DNA from: Phoronis australis
Taxonomy: Eukaryota > Animalia > Phoronida
DNA: 64,000 nucleotides
Assembly: GCA_002633005.1 (NCBI GenBank)
Contig: NMRA01000896.1
Span: 1 to 64,000 of the forward strand
Reading direction: 5' to 3'
Position 1 is the first letter of the stretch, and each line of letters starts with the position of its first letter. This document shows positions 24,701 to 36,900 of the stretch, one piece after another. A program made the translations under genes and the position numbers. The notes under the pieces were generated by a model. It had not been told where the DNA came from. It worked only from the letters and a program-made list of their open reading frames with translations, and searched no databases.

Positions 24701-27700
24701 ACGAGCAAGGTGAGTGTCTGTTGTCTCCCAGATTTAGCATGCACGCCCGCCGGTCGTTAGCTCTACATGTTGATACAAGTTTCACGACTAGGGGAAATTA
24801 AGCAGTAAATTACCCAGGAGGGCATGAAATTCCGAGGTCTATTAGAGCTTAACACACTGTGGTTCCTTGCTGTATTGTGACTATAGTCTTCATACAGCTA
24901 GCTGGCTTGCTAGGTTCATGGCTGTTGTTTAGAAAATGAGTACTGGATTCTTCCCAAGTATTGAAAAATCTATCAACATCCAGACTTGAACTGGGTTCCC
25001 AGGGTGAGAGCTGATTATCCAAACCATTTGGCTAAGAGGCAATTGCCACTTGGAAAGTGGCTTAGAGAGGCTTTATTGGACTGTAGTCACCCTGAAGTCA
25101 TGTGATACAACATTAGTTTACTGTGTCCGTTATTCAGTGACTGCTGAACAATTGATTGTCTTTGTGTGGAACTAGGTCTTCTGATGTACAGTAACAATTA
25201 CAACGTGCTTTATGAGGCGTTGGTTTTGACGATTAAAAAATTCTTGGTTTGCTTGCCAGTAAATATTGACAAGTACTGGCAAAACCTTGTGACACTACCT
25301 CTCTGCTTTTGCTTTGTTTTCTGCTTTGCAAGTTTATTTTGACAGTGTGCTTACAAATTAATATCACCTTCTTGTTTCTCTTCAGGCTTAAGGCTTGGTG
25401 GACGACTAATTACTGAATTAGTTGGCCTTACAGCTTATCGGTAAGTAAACACACTTGCACTGATTTTATTGAAGAACAATGTACTTATAAGATTGTGGTC
25501 AGTGGTTAAAAATACCAGACAATAGCACCACTGCATAACATGTCGCCACTTGGAATACACTGCTATTGAAGGTGCAACAATTCCATTTAGCCAATGGATG
25601 AAAGCCAGATTTTAGGCAAGCCAGCTCTGGACCTCTGCTGAGTTTGTTTGCCTTAGCAAGTGTTGATAATACTTAGCTGGGTACTATGAACTGTACCGGT
25701 ATTTAATTTTGTACGCGCATGTTGCCTATGAGAGCAGTTATATATACATATATTGGTTGGAAGCTCTTCATGGTGACCACTTGCTTCTGTTTCAGTACAA
25801 ATCCATGGACCTGTCTTGTGGCTTCGTTTCACACAGACTCTGTTCTCTGTGGTCGAGGTCGCAAACCTGAATACAAGCCTCGCAAGTGGCCCAAGTACAA
25901 TGAGATTGTCTACCCACCGACAGAGCCAGGGGATCCCAGAAGACCTGCTGTATGTGTCTGCTATTATTGTTAACAGCTGAACATTCTGTATACGTCTTGG
26001 TGTAAGGCCACCGTTTTACTATTTTTCTCATGTCCAAGACCACCTGCTGTGGTGTAACTCTCCTTCAACCTACCTGTTAGTCTGTGTCAAATCATGTAAT
26101 CGTGTTGGTTGGGCTNACTTCCATGCTTGCCTCAAGAAACAGATCCAGACCACAATAGGTATTCTGGAGTGTATTATTCATGTCTATCTCATCTAAGTCA
26201 TCCAGCAATGCCGTCCTCTTCTCCATCATCATGCCAATGTTCGCTTTATTCAATGTCACAGTGTTACTCTACAAATCGCTTTCTTTGCTTGATCGCACAT
26301 TGGTTGGGATACAACTTAATAGACCAGTTTGGCTGTTATAAATGCAAAAATTAAGTCATGTATTTTGTCGTTTAATGAGGCACAAGAGATTTGTTTGAGG
26401 CAAACTGTTACCAAAGCTTGTTTTGCGCCCATATACTTATGTGGTTACATATTGCTGTCATCTCTGTCTGGGCAGCCAGCATCTGCTGCTGTATCTCCAA
26501 GACTCCTCCGGAGGTCCTTATGAAAGTTACCATTTGTGTTCCTCTGGAGCTGACGATGGATGATAATGTCTATTGGATGGTTTTGTCATCAGACTACAGC
26601 TGTGCCCCCTAGCAGCAATTTTTATGCGCCATTATGCCATCATCTCTGCCTGTCTGTCCGTCCGACTGTTCGGCATCCGCTGCTCCAAAACTGTTTGATG
26701 TGTGTCCATGTGTTCCTGTCATGGATGGGACGGCATGGGCGAACTTTTGGACGGATGCAGTTACTGGTGCATCCTCTATGGGAATTTTGGTTTTTTACGT
26801 TTACCTCTGTATTTTCCTTGATGTTTTTTCATGAAATTGGGCAAACAAATTGCTATTATGAAGACCACAGCACCTTTCCTTTTTGTGATGGATTCAACGT
26901 ATTCTGCTCCAACTAGTGGCCATTTTAATTAATTTTTAGTCTGTTTTTGTCTGATTCTGTGTCTGCCAAACTGCGCTGAGAATCATTATGAAAATTGGCA
27001 GATGTGTTCCTACTGACAAGAGCATGACTGACGTGCATTTTAGTGCTTAAAGAATCATGCGTTCTAGTATTGACATTAGCACAACCAGGGCTTGAAATTT
27101 TCCGCGGAAACGCGGATTTCCGCTTTTTTCAAATGTTCTGTCTGCGCATTTTATTATATTTTCGCGTAAAAAAATCGGATTTGATATAAAATTTCTGCGG
27201 CAAATTCCTTTCTTTACCGCGGCGTTGCAGACGACGTTCACCTCGAAAAGCGGAAGTTGCTCTTTATGTTTCGGAGGAACGTAAATTGTCAACATAGCCG
27301 GGGCATCTGGGATAGCATGGTGGGATTTTCAATGGCGTCTCGTGTTATTGTAAACCACGGCGACAAATACTACGGCTCTCTGCAACCAAAAATGTGTGGG
27401 TTGGGAGTGGACGGACTTTTTTTTTTTAGTCAGTCCTCCCGATTGTTGTCGGGGAAAGGTTCACATCAACCATTTCAAGGCTGGGTAGCGCGCATGATTT
27501 AGGCCGTAAATGTTTCCGCGTTTTTGTCATTGGTCATTCCAAGCCCTGCACAACTGACATTGACTTTGGGATGAGTCCTATCACTGTGGTGCGCCCTAGT
27601 GGCAATTTTTGTTGGTGTGCATTCACAGCAGTAAACCATTAAGTCACTTATAACACCAATAAAAATCCTAGAAGCAAATTGTTTGCAGTGCAGTCGTGGG

Positions 27701-30700
27701 TACATTTATGTTGCTCTTGTTTTTTGTCCTATCTATTTTTTTAAACGTCTTTCTTGTGTGTGTTACAGGAAGTTACCCATATGCGAAACAAAATCAAATA
27801 CAGTAAAGACAAGCTGTGGTTTTTGGCTGTTATGGTAAGATCCCAGTGTAAAACATGCAGTATACTGACCATGGTGTGGTTTAGTAATGGTAAAGGTTAT
27901 GTAGGACCGTGGTGTGGTTTAGTAATGGTAAAGGTTATGTAGGACCGTGGTGTGGTTTAGTAATGGTAAAGGTTATGTAGGACCGTGGTGTGGTTTAGTA
28001 ATGGTTAACGTTATGTAGGACTGTGGTGTGGTTTAGTAATAGTTAACGTTATGTAGGAGCCTCGCAACTAGCCAAATTTGCCAAATGTTATATCTCAGAA
28101 GTGGGATACTAGATTCACATGAAGCTTTCAGACACCATACTTAATGCACTGCTCTAAAAATATTCTGTTAGAAAATTGTTTTTAAAATTGTATACTTTTG
28201 CTTGAGGGGCAATAAAAATTTGCATTTTTGTGATTTTTATGAAGAAAACCCCCCGAAAGTTTTGTAAAACGAATGGTAATTTAAAATGCTAGTGTTTTTG
28301 AGGTTTCATCTTCTTTATATGTTATTGATACTGTTGTTTTGCAGTGGATACAACTTAGTTTTTTGATAAATTTTATTAAAAAGACTTGTTCACATGATCA
28401 AATTAATAGCAGATAGGTATGGTGCCAAAAATCAAAATTCTACAGGTTATCTACGTTCAGAAAATATGTACTTTTAGCGAGGTGAAATCTCATTGTGTAG
28501 ATATTTGGGTAAATACAAGATGTTAAGATGCTAAATAACCTTAAATACGTACACATTGATTCTGAAATCTATACAGTTAAGTGACTGAAATCAGTCTGTA
28601 AAAATTTTTTCTGTGAGGACTAGGGTGTATAAAGTTCAATATGCTTGTTCATTACTGTTTTATGTTGTGAAACATGTACTTTGCTGTAGATGTCTTTTCT
28701 TGATTTTCATAAGTTTGGACTTTTTAGAGTCTTTTAATAAAGCAAGTTAGCTCTCAAAATTTTACGCAGGTCACAAGGAGTTTAACTATAGTTTCTGTGG
28801 TCCTATTTTCTATTAATAATGACTTTTATGAAGGCATTTTGTGGCAGTTTTTAGCTGATGCCTATCTGTTGGCCAGCTGATTTTAACTTTTTATGTGTTG
28901 GTTAAATTTTACAGTGCATGAACAGGTCTGCCTAATATTTACTCGTTGTCTTTTCAGATTAGAGGTATGTCAATTGAAGAGGCCATAAAACAGATGACTT
29001 TTCACAAGAAGAAGGGCGGTCAAATCATTAAAGAGGTCAGTCGTGGTAAATACTGCCAAATTTGAGTTTAAATTTTGGCAATAGCCACTTACAGGGGCCT
29101 CGCATTTTGAGAACCAGTTTGACGCCCTTTACTCAGTGGAGAAAACTGGTTCTCAAAATGCGGTACCCCTTTAAGTGACCTTTACCAATTTTTTTACACC
29201 TATTTATAGGGAATTCGGTGTTGCAATGGCTTTTGAAGCATCAGTTTCCCAAACTGTGCTGCATTACAGTAGTGAAGCAAAGGAAATGTTTTTCAGGTTT
29301 GCTCAAAATTGTTTGATGGCGACAATGGTGGATTACAGTCATTGTTTCATTTGTAATCTAACAAGATCAGATTTGACCGTAGTTATTTTTGAGTTACAGT
29401 TGTTCTTACAGAAAGTAACCCACCTTGCCTTTGATATACTTGCAAACACAGAAGGACTATATGTACACACACAACGCACAGGTACACGCTGTGTTTTGAG
29501 AAAATAATTAAAATTTTTTAATACACACTAAATGTCAAACATGAAAACTATAATATAGTACAAATACCTTTACCAGCCATTTATCTAATTTGGTATGAGT
29601 GAAATGAATTGAAAATGTTTTACAGGTTTTATTGGAGGCTCAAGAGATGGCAGTCAAGGATCACAATGTTGAATATAAAAACAACCTTTGGATAGGTAAG
29701 TGACATTTGACATCGAAATTTGCCTGTGTTTGTTGTCTAGTTATTTCATGTTGTTAAGACTTCACTCAGAGAAAGAATAGTATGGGCACATTCTTTTCAA
29801 CTCTTTAATGTTAGGTGTCTTTTCTTTAGATATTTTTCTTATGATTTTGAAACGAACGTTTAATGATGGTACGATTGTACATGATAAACATTGTATGATG
29901 ATGGTATTTCTTTTGCCAGAGGTGAGCTTTTTGTACAAGTTCATGTTATATGCAATAATATTATGTGGTTTATATGTGCCCTCATACACATATATGGGTG
30001 CACATTGCCATCATTTCTGTCCAGTATTCTGTGTACACTTCGGTATTTCCTAAACCCCTTGCAGTATCTTCTTGAAATTTGTCATGTGTGTTCCTATGAA
30101 GCTGAGGACAGATGACCTTGACATTCTTATGGATAGGACTACTGCTGTGCCCCTAGTGGGAATTTTATTTTTTGTGTTTGAATCTGTATCTACCATGTTC
30201 CATGCTGGGCTTCCATGAAATTTGGCAAATAGCTTCTGTTGAGATGCTGAAGACACCTTCCCAATTTCAGACAGATTCAATGCATTCTACACAACCTAGT
30301 GGTAATTGTTATTACTTTTGAATCTGTTTCTGATGTCTGTCTCTATTGATCAAACCGCCTGAAAGATCATTATGAACTTTGGTTGGTGTATTGGTATTGC
30401 AGAGAGCAAGACTGACATATTTTTACAATGAGTGCGGATACGTGGTGCTCCGTAGTGGCAACTTTTTGTCTCTGCCTCAAAATCTACTAAATTACTTGGT
30501 GGATGTTCATGAAATTTGATCTTTATGTTTCCATCGAGGAGAGCACGGGTGGTGTTGATTTTTGGAGTGGTGCGACTACTGTGGCACCCCGTAGTGGCAA
30601 ATTGTCATTGCGTCTACCAACTTCTTTGAAGGATTTTGACGAAATCTGAGGTAAAAGTCTGGTAAAACATGACAGAGAAATGTTATCCAAATACTAAGAT

Positions 30701-31017
30701 GAAATTTGACCTACCTTAATGCACCGAGGGGTATTATTTTGTAGTTTATTTCTGTACAAATCTGAAGCACTAACTGCTTCTCTTTTATTCTTTCCTTAGC
30801 TGACTCTAACACAGGTAAATCGATGGTTGTAAAAGGTGCGCGTCGACATGCCCGAGGACGCATGGCCATCATTCACTACACCTACTGCCATTACTTTGTT
30901 CGACTACGTGAGGGGTCACCTCCGAAACATTACTTACCTCCACCTCCAACTGGCTACGAGAAAATGCAGATTTACTTGGACGACATGAGGAGGAGGACAA
31001 TTCAGAAATCACTGTAA
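21772..31017 (+). CDS. MRPL22: 39S mitochondrial ribosomal protein L22
   Basis: Exons 25386-25440, 25796-25949, 27769-27834, 28958-29035, 29626-29695 and 30800-31017 are in phase. The first exon is uncertain (21772-21796 gives 221 aa). Peptide: KWPKYNEIVYPP...[35 protein letters not shown]...[33 protein letters not shown]...YCHYFVRLREG.PP...RRRTIQKSL. Confidence 0.93.
24975..25040 (-). mobile_element. Degenerate tRNA-derived (Glu-CTC-like) SINE head or tRNA pseudogene
   Basis: The minus strand reads TAGCCAAATGG (A box)...GCTCTCACC (anticodon-loop-like)...AGTTCAAGTCT (B box). Stems are imperfect, so this is not a functional tRNA. Confidence 0.5.
27086..27548. mobile_element. Non-autonomous hAT-like DNA transposon with 6-bp TSD
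   Basis: TIRs CAGGGCTTGAAAT / ATTCCAAGCCCTG, with CACAAC directly flanking both ends. Confidence 0.75.
27868..28058. repeat. 39-bp tandem repeat
   Basis: About 5 copies of ACCGTGGTGTGGTTTAGTAATGGTAAAGGTTATGTAGG. Confidence 0.93.
29093..29170. repeat. Short inverted repeat or micro-MITE
   Basis: AGGGGCCTCGCATTTTGAGAACCAGTTT pairs with AAACTGGTTCTCAAAATGCGGTACCCCT. Confidence 0.7.
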
Positions 31018-31729
31018 TAACTTGATAATTTGTTACGCATTTGTTAGTCTTTATACTACATGTTGGGGTGAGGGATTATAGTCTGACGTTCAGCATCTTT
31101 GCTCACAAATTTTAGAGCTTACTCAATGTTACAGCATTGTGACCAGTCAACAAGACCCTGCTCAGTTTTTTATCTTGTTAAAAAGGACTACCTGTAACTC
31201 AACCTTGTTTTGATCTGTGGTTACGAAGGTTTTTATGTTGTTGTTGCTTCAAAATCTCACGCAGGCATAGTGTTGAATGAACAGACAAGTCAGATTGTGC
31301 TCAAGTAAGCAGTGTTGGGCAGCATGACGCTGATGAATATTGATTTGTTTGTGTTTATGTGTTGGGCTGAGGTGAAAACTGAGTGCTTGTAACATGCTGA
31401 ATATGCAGACATTGTTGCACTTTTGAGCTGAGAATATACCAGCAAAACTGACAGACTCATCTATGTTGTTGTTTTCTAATTGTTTTATAGAGCAGCTGTT
31501 TTGCCTGAAATGTATTATATGCATTTAGAATTATTATCCCAATGTCCGTTTGAACTGAGCTTGATCTAATATATGTCATTGAACTAGCAGTGGTCTAGGT
31601 CTCACTTGGCTTGAGACCACATCAAATTGGTTACTGAATGTTTCATTCATTCGATTGCATATAGTATAATTTTAATTCTTAAAAAAGATAGGTTATTTAC
31701 AAATGATTTGTATTTTTTCAATGACCTAT

Positions 31730-32055
31730 TATATGGACCATGAACTATATGAAGCTGAGAAGTGGACCATGTGAACCTGATATGTGGGCCATGTGGGCCT
31801 GATCTATGGGCCATATGAAGCTGTGATGTGTACCATGTGAACCTGGTATGTGGACCTGATATATGGGCCATATAAATCTGATATGCAGACCATGTGGACC
31901 TGATTTATCGACCATATGGACCTGATATATGGACCACATGGACCCGATATATGTATCATATGGACCTGATATATGGATCATATGGACCCGATAAATGTAT
32001 CATATTGACCTGATATATGTACCATATGGACCTGATATATGGACCAAATGGACCA
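31730..32055. repeat. Minisatellite, ~21-bp unit (CATATGGACCTGATATATGGAC)
   Basis: About 15 diverged tandem copies. Confidence 0.9.
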
Positions 32056-33157
32056 GTCTTAAGGTTGAAAGTAACAACAGTTTGTCTGCATTTAGCCATA
32101 TATCTACAAAGCTATAAAATTGATTTCACTAAAAGTATTTTATGTTCCCAAATTAGAAAGCGTCAAAATTTAATTTTGGACGAAGTTAAAGGGCAGAACA
32201 AAAAATAATACGTTATTGATTGGGTCACGTGACCATGGTTTTGTAAAATGTAGTTCATAGCCAAACAAGCTTCGGTACCAATGACACGATCTAATGTCTT
32301 TCAATATAAATATTCTGGATGAAATCTTTGTACACTTAGTTTTCTAACGGATTAAATGAAACCCCAACAACGTTTTCTAAACAACATCAAAAATCAATAT
32401 AATTTTCATAGATTAGACTTAATGGCACATGCATCCTATTTACAACATCATATGTTAAATATTCAATAATAATTCGCATTGTCTTGTTGCTTTATAGCCA
32501 TAGCTTACTGAAATGCAGCTCCTTCCAGTTCAAATTGTCTCGTTCGAATTTATGAAATAAAATATAAATCATCTAGATAAACCTTTCTGGTAATCTGGAT
32601 TTTTTACACCTGGGCGCAGTCTATATCTCTATAGATTACCCCTACCGCAGGTGTAACATACAGGTATCATCTGTTGCTTGCCACAATATTGATTTTATAC
32701 ACGTGTTGACTTCATGAATTAAAGTTTAAAACATTGATTTTCACTTTAAAACTGTCAGTTGTCCACAAGAATGGTATAATCAAAAATGTAGCGTAAGGAC
32801 ATTGATCGCTGCTTTGCTCGTTTGTAAATGATTCACGGAGACCACGTCCGTTCATAATGATTTCTGCGCCGAGAAATCGTATTACGTATGGCGTGGCATA
32901 TAAATTATGATAAGCACGAAGTTTGTTTTTCTAGACAGTTGAGGTAATAACTTTGCCATTTGCTACAACGAGGTTTCGAAATTTCATTCGTCCTAAAGAC
33001 TTCCAATAAAACAAGGAATTCCGTACCGGCTTGATGGTTTCCATCATGGTCGTATTTTGATGGTTTCAAAATTATAAAATAACTAAGAAACTATCTTTTT
33101 TACCATTGTTTACATTTAAATGCTCATAAAAGTGCGCGTCATTTCTAACAATAACCA

Positions 33158-33297
33158 GGGTAGAGTTCAGTAACGCTAGGACCTCGCTAAAATCTAGCCA
33201 AAATCACGTGTTCTCATTTAAAATTCAAGGCAATATTTCACGTAGTCTCGCAAAGTCTTGCGTTTTAGCGAGGTCCTAGCCTTACTGAACTCTACCC
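33158..33297. mobile_element. 140-bp MITE with ~35-bp TIRs
   Basis: GGGTAGAGTTCAGTAACGCTAGGACCTCGCTAAAA pairs with TTTTAGCGAGGTCCTAGCCTTACTGAACTCTACCC (1 mismatch). Confidence 0.8.
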
Positions 33298-33930
33298 GGA
33301 TTGTTATGATCCATTTCCGACGACCCTCTCTTCATAACATTTTGTGTCATGGTGCTAACACAGGAACTTGTAAACGCTGACAAATGCGGGTTGGCGCAAT
33401 CTTCTCGGTTGAAGTAAGAATTACGAGTTACTCTCAACTCCACAATGCAGCGAGGAGGTGGGTCCACCCAGTAGAAACTTATAACCGTGACGTCATGATG
33501 TTAGACAGCAATCCGAACACAGAGGCATGTATGCGGATATAACCTTCCGAAATAAACGAGGATTCAGTTCTGGCGATTTTCTACTATTTTGTGATCAGGT
33601 AAAACCAAGTCCGTCAAAATATTGTGCAAAGCACAAACAATTCTTTTATAAACTGTACACAGGTTTTGATTCCAGTGTTCATGTCGGGCCCCAATCGCGG
33701 ACTTCTTACAGATGTCATCGATCTTATTGTTTCTTCACCCTGTATGTCCACAAACGACCTCCATGGTCAAATTGCGTTAGATCGCTTTGCGATTTTCTAA
33801 GCAAAACAATGAATGCACTCAGTACATTTCAAAAGCTCTTTACAAACATTTTCTTTTAAAATTCAGAACATTAAAAATAAATGTTTATACGGAGTATAAA
33901 AGTATAACACGAAAACACCACCGAATACCA

Positions 33931-36900
33931 TTATAAATCAGTAGTCGCTTCATTTAAGTTGACTCTAAACGTAGAAAAAGCAGGAGTTTCCTCCGCACTC
34001 AACGGTGTTGGCACTTTCTCACTGTCATTAGCAAACACCTTGATAAGTATCGTTTCTCCGGTTTCCATAGATATCCCAGTCTCTTCCTGGCTGGAAGCTA
34101 CCTGCGCAGTTTCGCTACAAAAATCCGGTGGCGGTGGAAATGTTTCGTTTGATGTATCGACTGTGTTGGCAATACTTCCGTAATCGTGCAAAGGCAAGGA
34201 TTTGTTGTCAAAGCCTGTGAAATAAAAACTGTTAGACGTGTCGTTTAATGATTGGGCCGGCTCACTCGACAAATTGTCATCGACATCAAAATTTGGTGGT
34301 GGTGGTGGTGGCCAATCGGAATCTTCGTCAGCGGGATAGGTGGCGACATCATTTGCTGCGTTGGTTTCATATTCATGCTTCTCAACTTTCACCTCACCAG
34401 CATCATTTTTTTCATCGTTTGTCTCATACAGTGGGTTATCAGTAGACGTTTCCTTTGAATATGAGGAGGTGTTAGTTATTTTGTCTTTCACAAAATCGGC
34501 TGCTGTTGTTTCATGCTTTATGGCTTTTTCTAGCTCTCGAACGGTATGAGCGAACATATCCGCCTGTTCGCGCTGTGAAAGTCTACTGGCTGCACTGTGC
34601 ACGCTCACATTATCACCGTCTTTAGATTTTGCCGTAGATTTCGTCTTTGTTTCATTCTCTACAAGTAAACGATCGCCATATTCAACCTCATTCTCGGTAC
34701 TTTCAGCAGACGACACATCACTTGCAACAAGAGACAGACGACCAAGAACAGCAGCTATGTCACCAGAGCCATATTCGTCACTTCCGGTCTCACAATCACT
34801 ACTTGTGTCATTACCGCTTTTTCCGTTGTCTATTTGGTTATGTGGAGACTGTGCATCTGTTTTGAATTCGCACTGTTGCGGATTCTCTCCAGGCTGTGGC
34901 AGCATGCAGTCTGGGTGGTAACTGCTAGAAACATAGGTATTATTTGACTCAGTATTTTGAAACCCTTTGTTTGTGTATGCTAACACCTGACTAGTTTGCT
35001 TTTGACTGAGACGCTTCAAACCGCCAAAGTAGAACATTTTACTGGTTGACGGCTGAGAACTGTCGTGACTTTCAAGAAGTGTAGTCGAGGGATCAGTTGG
35101 TGTTTGGCTCGATGTTTTAGCAGACGATGTGTTTTCGTCGAATCCACTTTCATCGTCCGTAGTTGGGCCTGTAGTTGCAGCATCTACTTCGTCAGTTGTG
35201 TCGACTATAAACGATATACCATTGAGTGTTGGCACTTGACTTTGATGTCCGTTTAGTCTGGATCGAGTGAGCTGGTCGTGGGACTTGTCATCTAGAATTA
35301 GAATAGAATGATAACAATGATCGCAATCTGCGTTGACTTAATAACTTTTTGCCTGGCATTGAAATTTGTCAATTCAGATCGTCCCGTAAATGATATTCCA
35401 AATAATGTAACACCTTGATAATTGAAGAAGAGTAACTGAAAATGTTTCAAACTGCAAACTCAAAGGGACCCAAGTCCAATGCATATATGGTGTATACGCA
35501 ACTTCGTGTTTTCGGAATACTGCAAAGCGTTATAGACCATTACAAAAGAAGAATAACCTTCGTACCTGAGTTAGCGCCCGACTCTCGTCTCCTGAACAGT
35601 GAACAGTGGAGTATCCTCATTGACGCCTCTCTGTATCTTGGGCTAACTACGACGACCATGAATGGGAGTAAAATGGCGTGTGCAATCAGGAGCCATAGCT
35701 GTGCGAAACGCGAATAGCGCAGACTTGCTAGCGATCCTATGTTCACTGCAGCAAAAACCTGAAGTAAAGAAGTAACCTCGGTTTAGAATATGGTTGACAA
35801 TTATAGATAGATATGGCGATAGCAAAATCCCTCGTAATTGCGTATCATGTGATACAACTAACTAAGTTGCAATGAGAGGAGGCGACAATAAAAGTGACTG
35901 AGTGTAGTTGAGGTAACTTGTAAAATACACAGGGTATCCCAGAATGTTTGCAACCCAATAACACAAAATCAAACGAATTTTTACTCAAACAATAAACCCC
36001 GCAAAGGGATACATTTTCTAGAAACTAAACTAATAACAGTTTCAAAAATATACAAATTTGAAATTTCTAGGTCAAAATTTAGAGCCATGAGAACACGTGA
36101 CCCTCATGGCGGGAAGGTTGGTTTTCTGACTTGTGCGGACTCTCCCATCTAACAATAACGAAATTAATTTAATTTGAAGACAGAACCGACAGTAATTCAT
36201 CTCACATGATTATGAATAACGACCAGACCCCGACAAGTGGCAGAAAAAGAACACCAAGCCGAAACTCTAGTGAACTCCGAGCTTCGACGTCAAAAAAACC
36301 TCTGAAGCAACCGACAATGGACGCCATATTGACAGGAAAGGGACAAAATGTCACCAAGAAGACTCGGTCATTGAAAGATGAACTAAAGGAGGCACTCATG
36401 GACTCAGATATCCAGTCACTGTTTACAAACATGATAAAGCCCTNCCAGAATGTTTGCAACCCAATAACACAAAATCAAACGAATTTTTACTCAAACAATA
36501 AACCCCGCAAAGGGTTACATTTTCTAGAAACTAAACTAATAACAGTTTCAAAAATATACAAATTTGAAATTTCTAGGTCAAAATTTAGAGCCATTGGGGT
36601 ACCGGTATAGTTATTTCACATGACTAACTTCCGAGCAGATTAACTTTGAAGACCGTAACCAAGATTATCAATCACCATGACGCACACTTCCTCCCTGAAA
36701 GCACGAATCTGCTGAGCGATGGACACTTGACAGAGTTCAAGGGCTCAAAAAGTACCTCATTTGGGATTTCTGTCATATAGCACAATATTCTTGCTCTTCA
36801 CGCATCCAAATATACGTAAAAAAAATCAATATCAAGAAAACCTTCCTCGTCTTTGCTTTCGAACCACCGACAAATCACAATCTGTTCCCCCGTCACCTAA

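Noticed and set aside
26620-30740. One large Helentron-associated (HINE-like) element suggested by GTCCGTCC and recurring GTGCCCTAGTGG motifs
   Set aside because: The motifs are spread over separate MRPL22 introns and are too degenerate to define boundaries. They are at most scattered relics.
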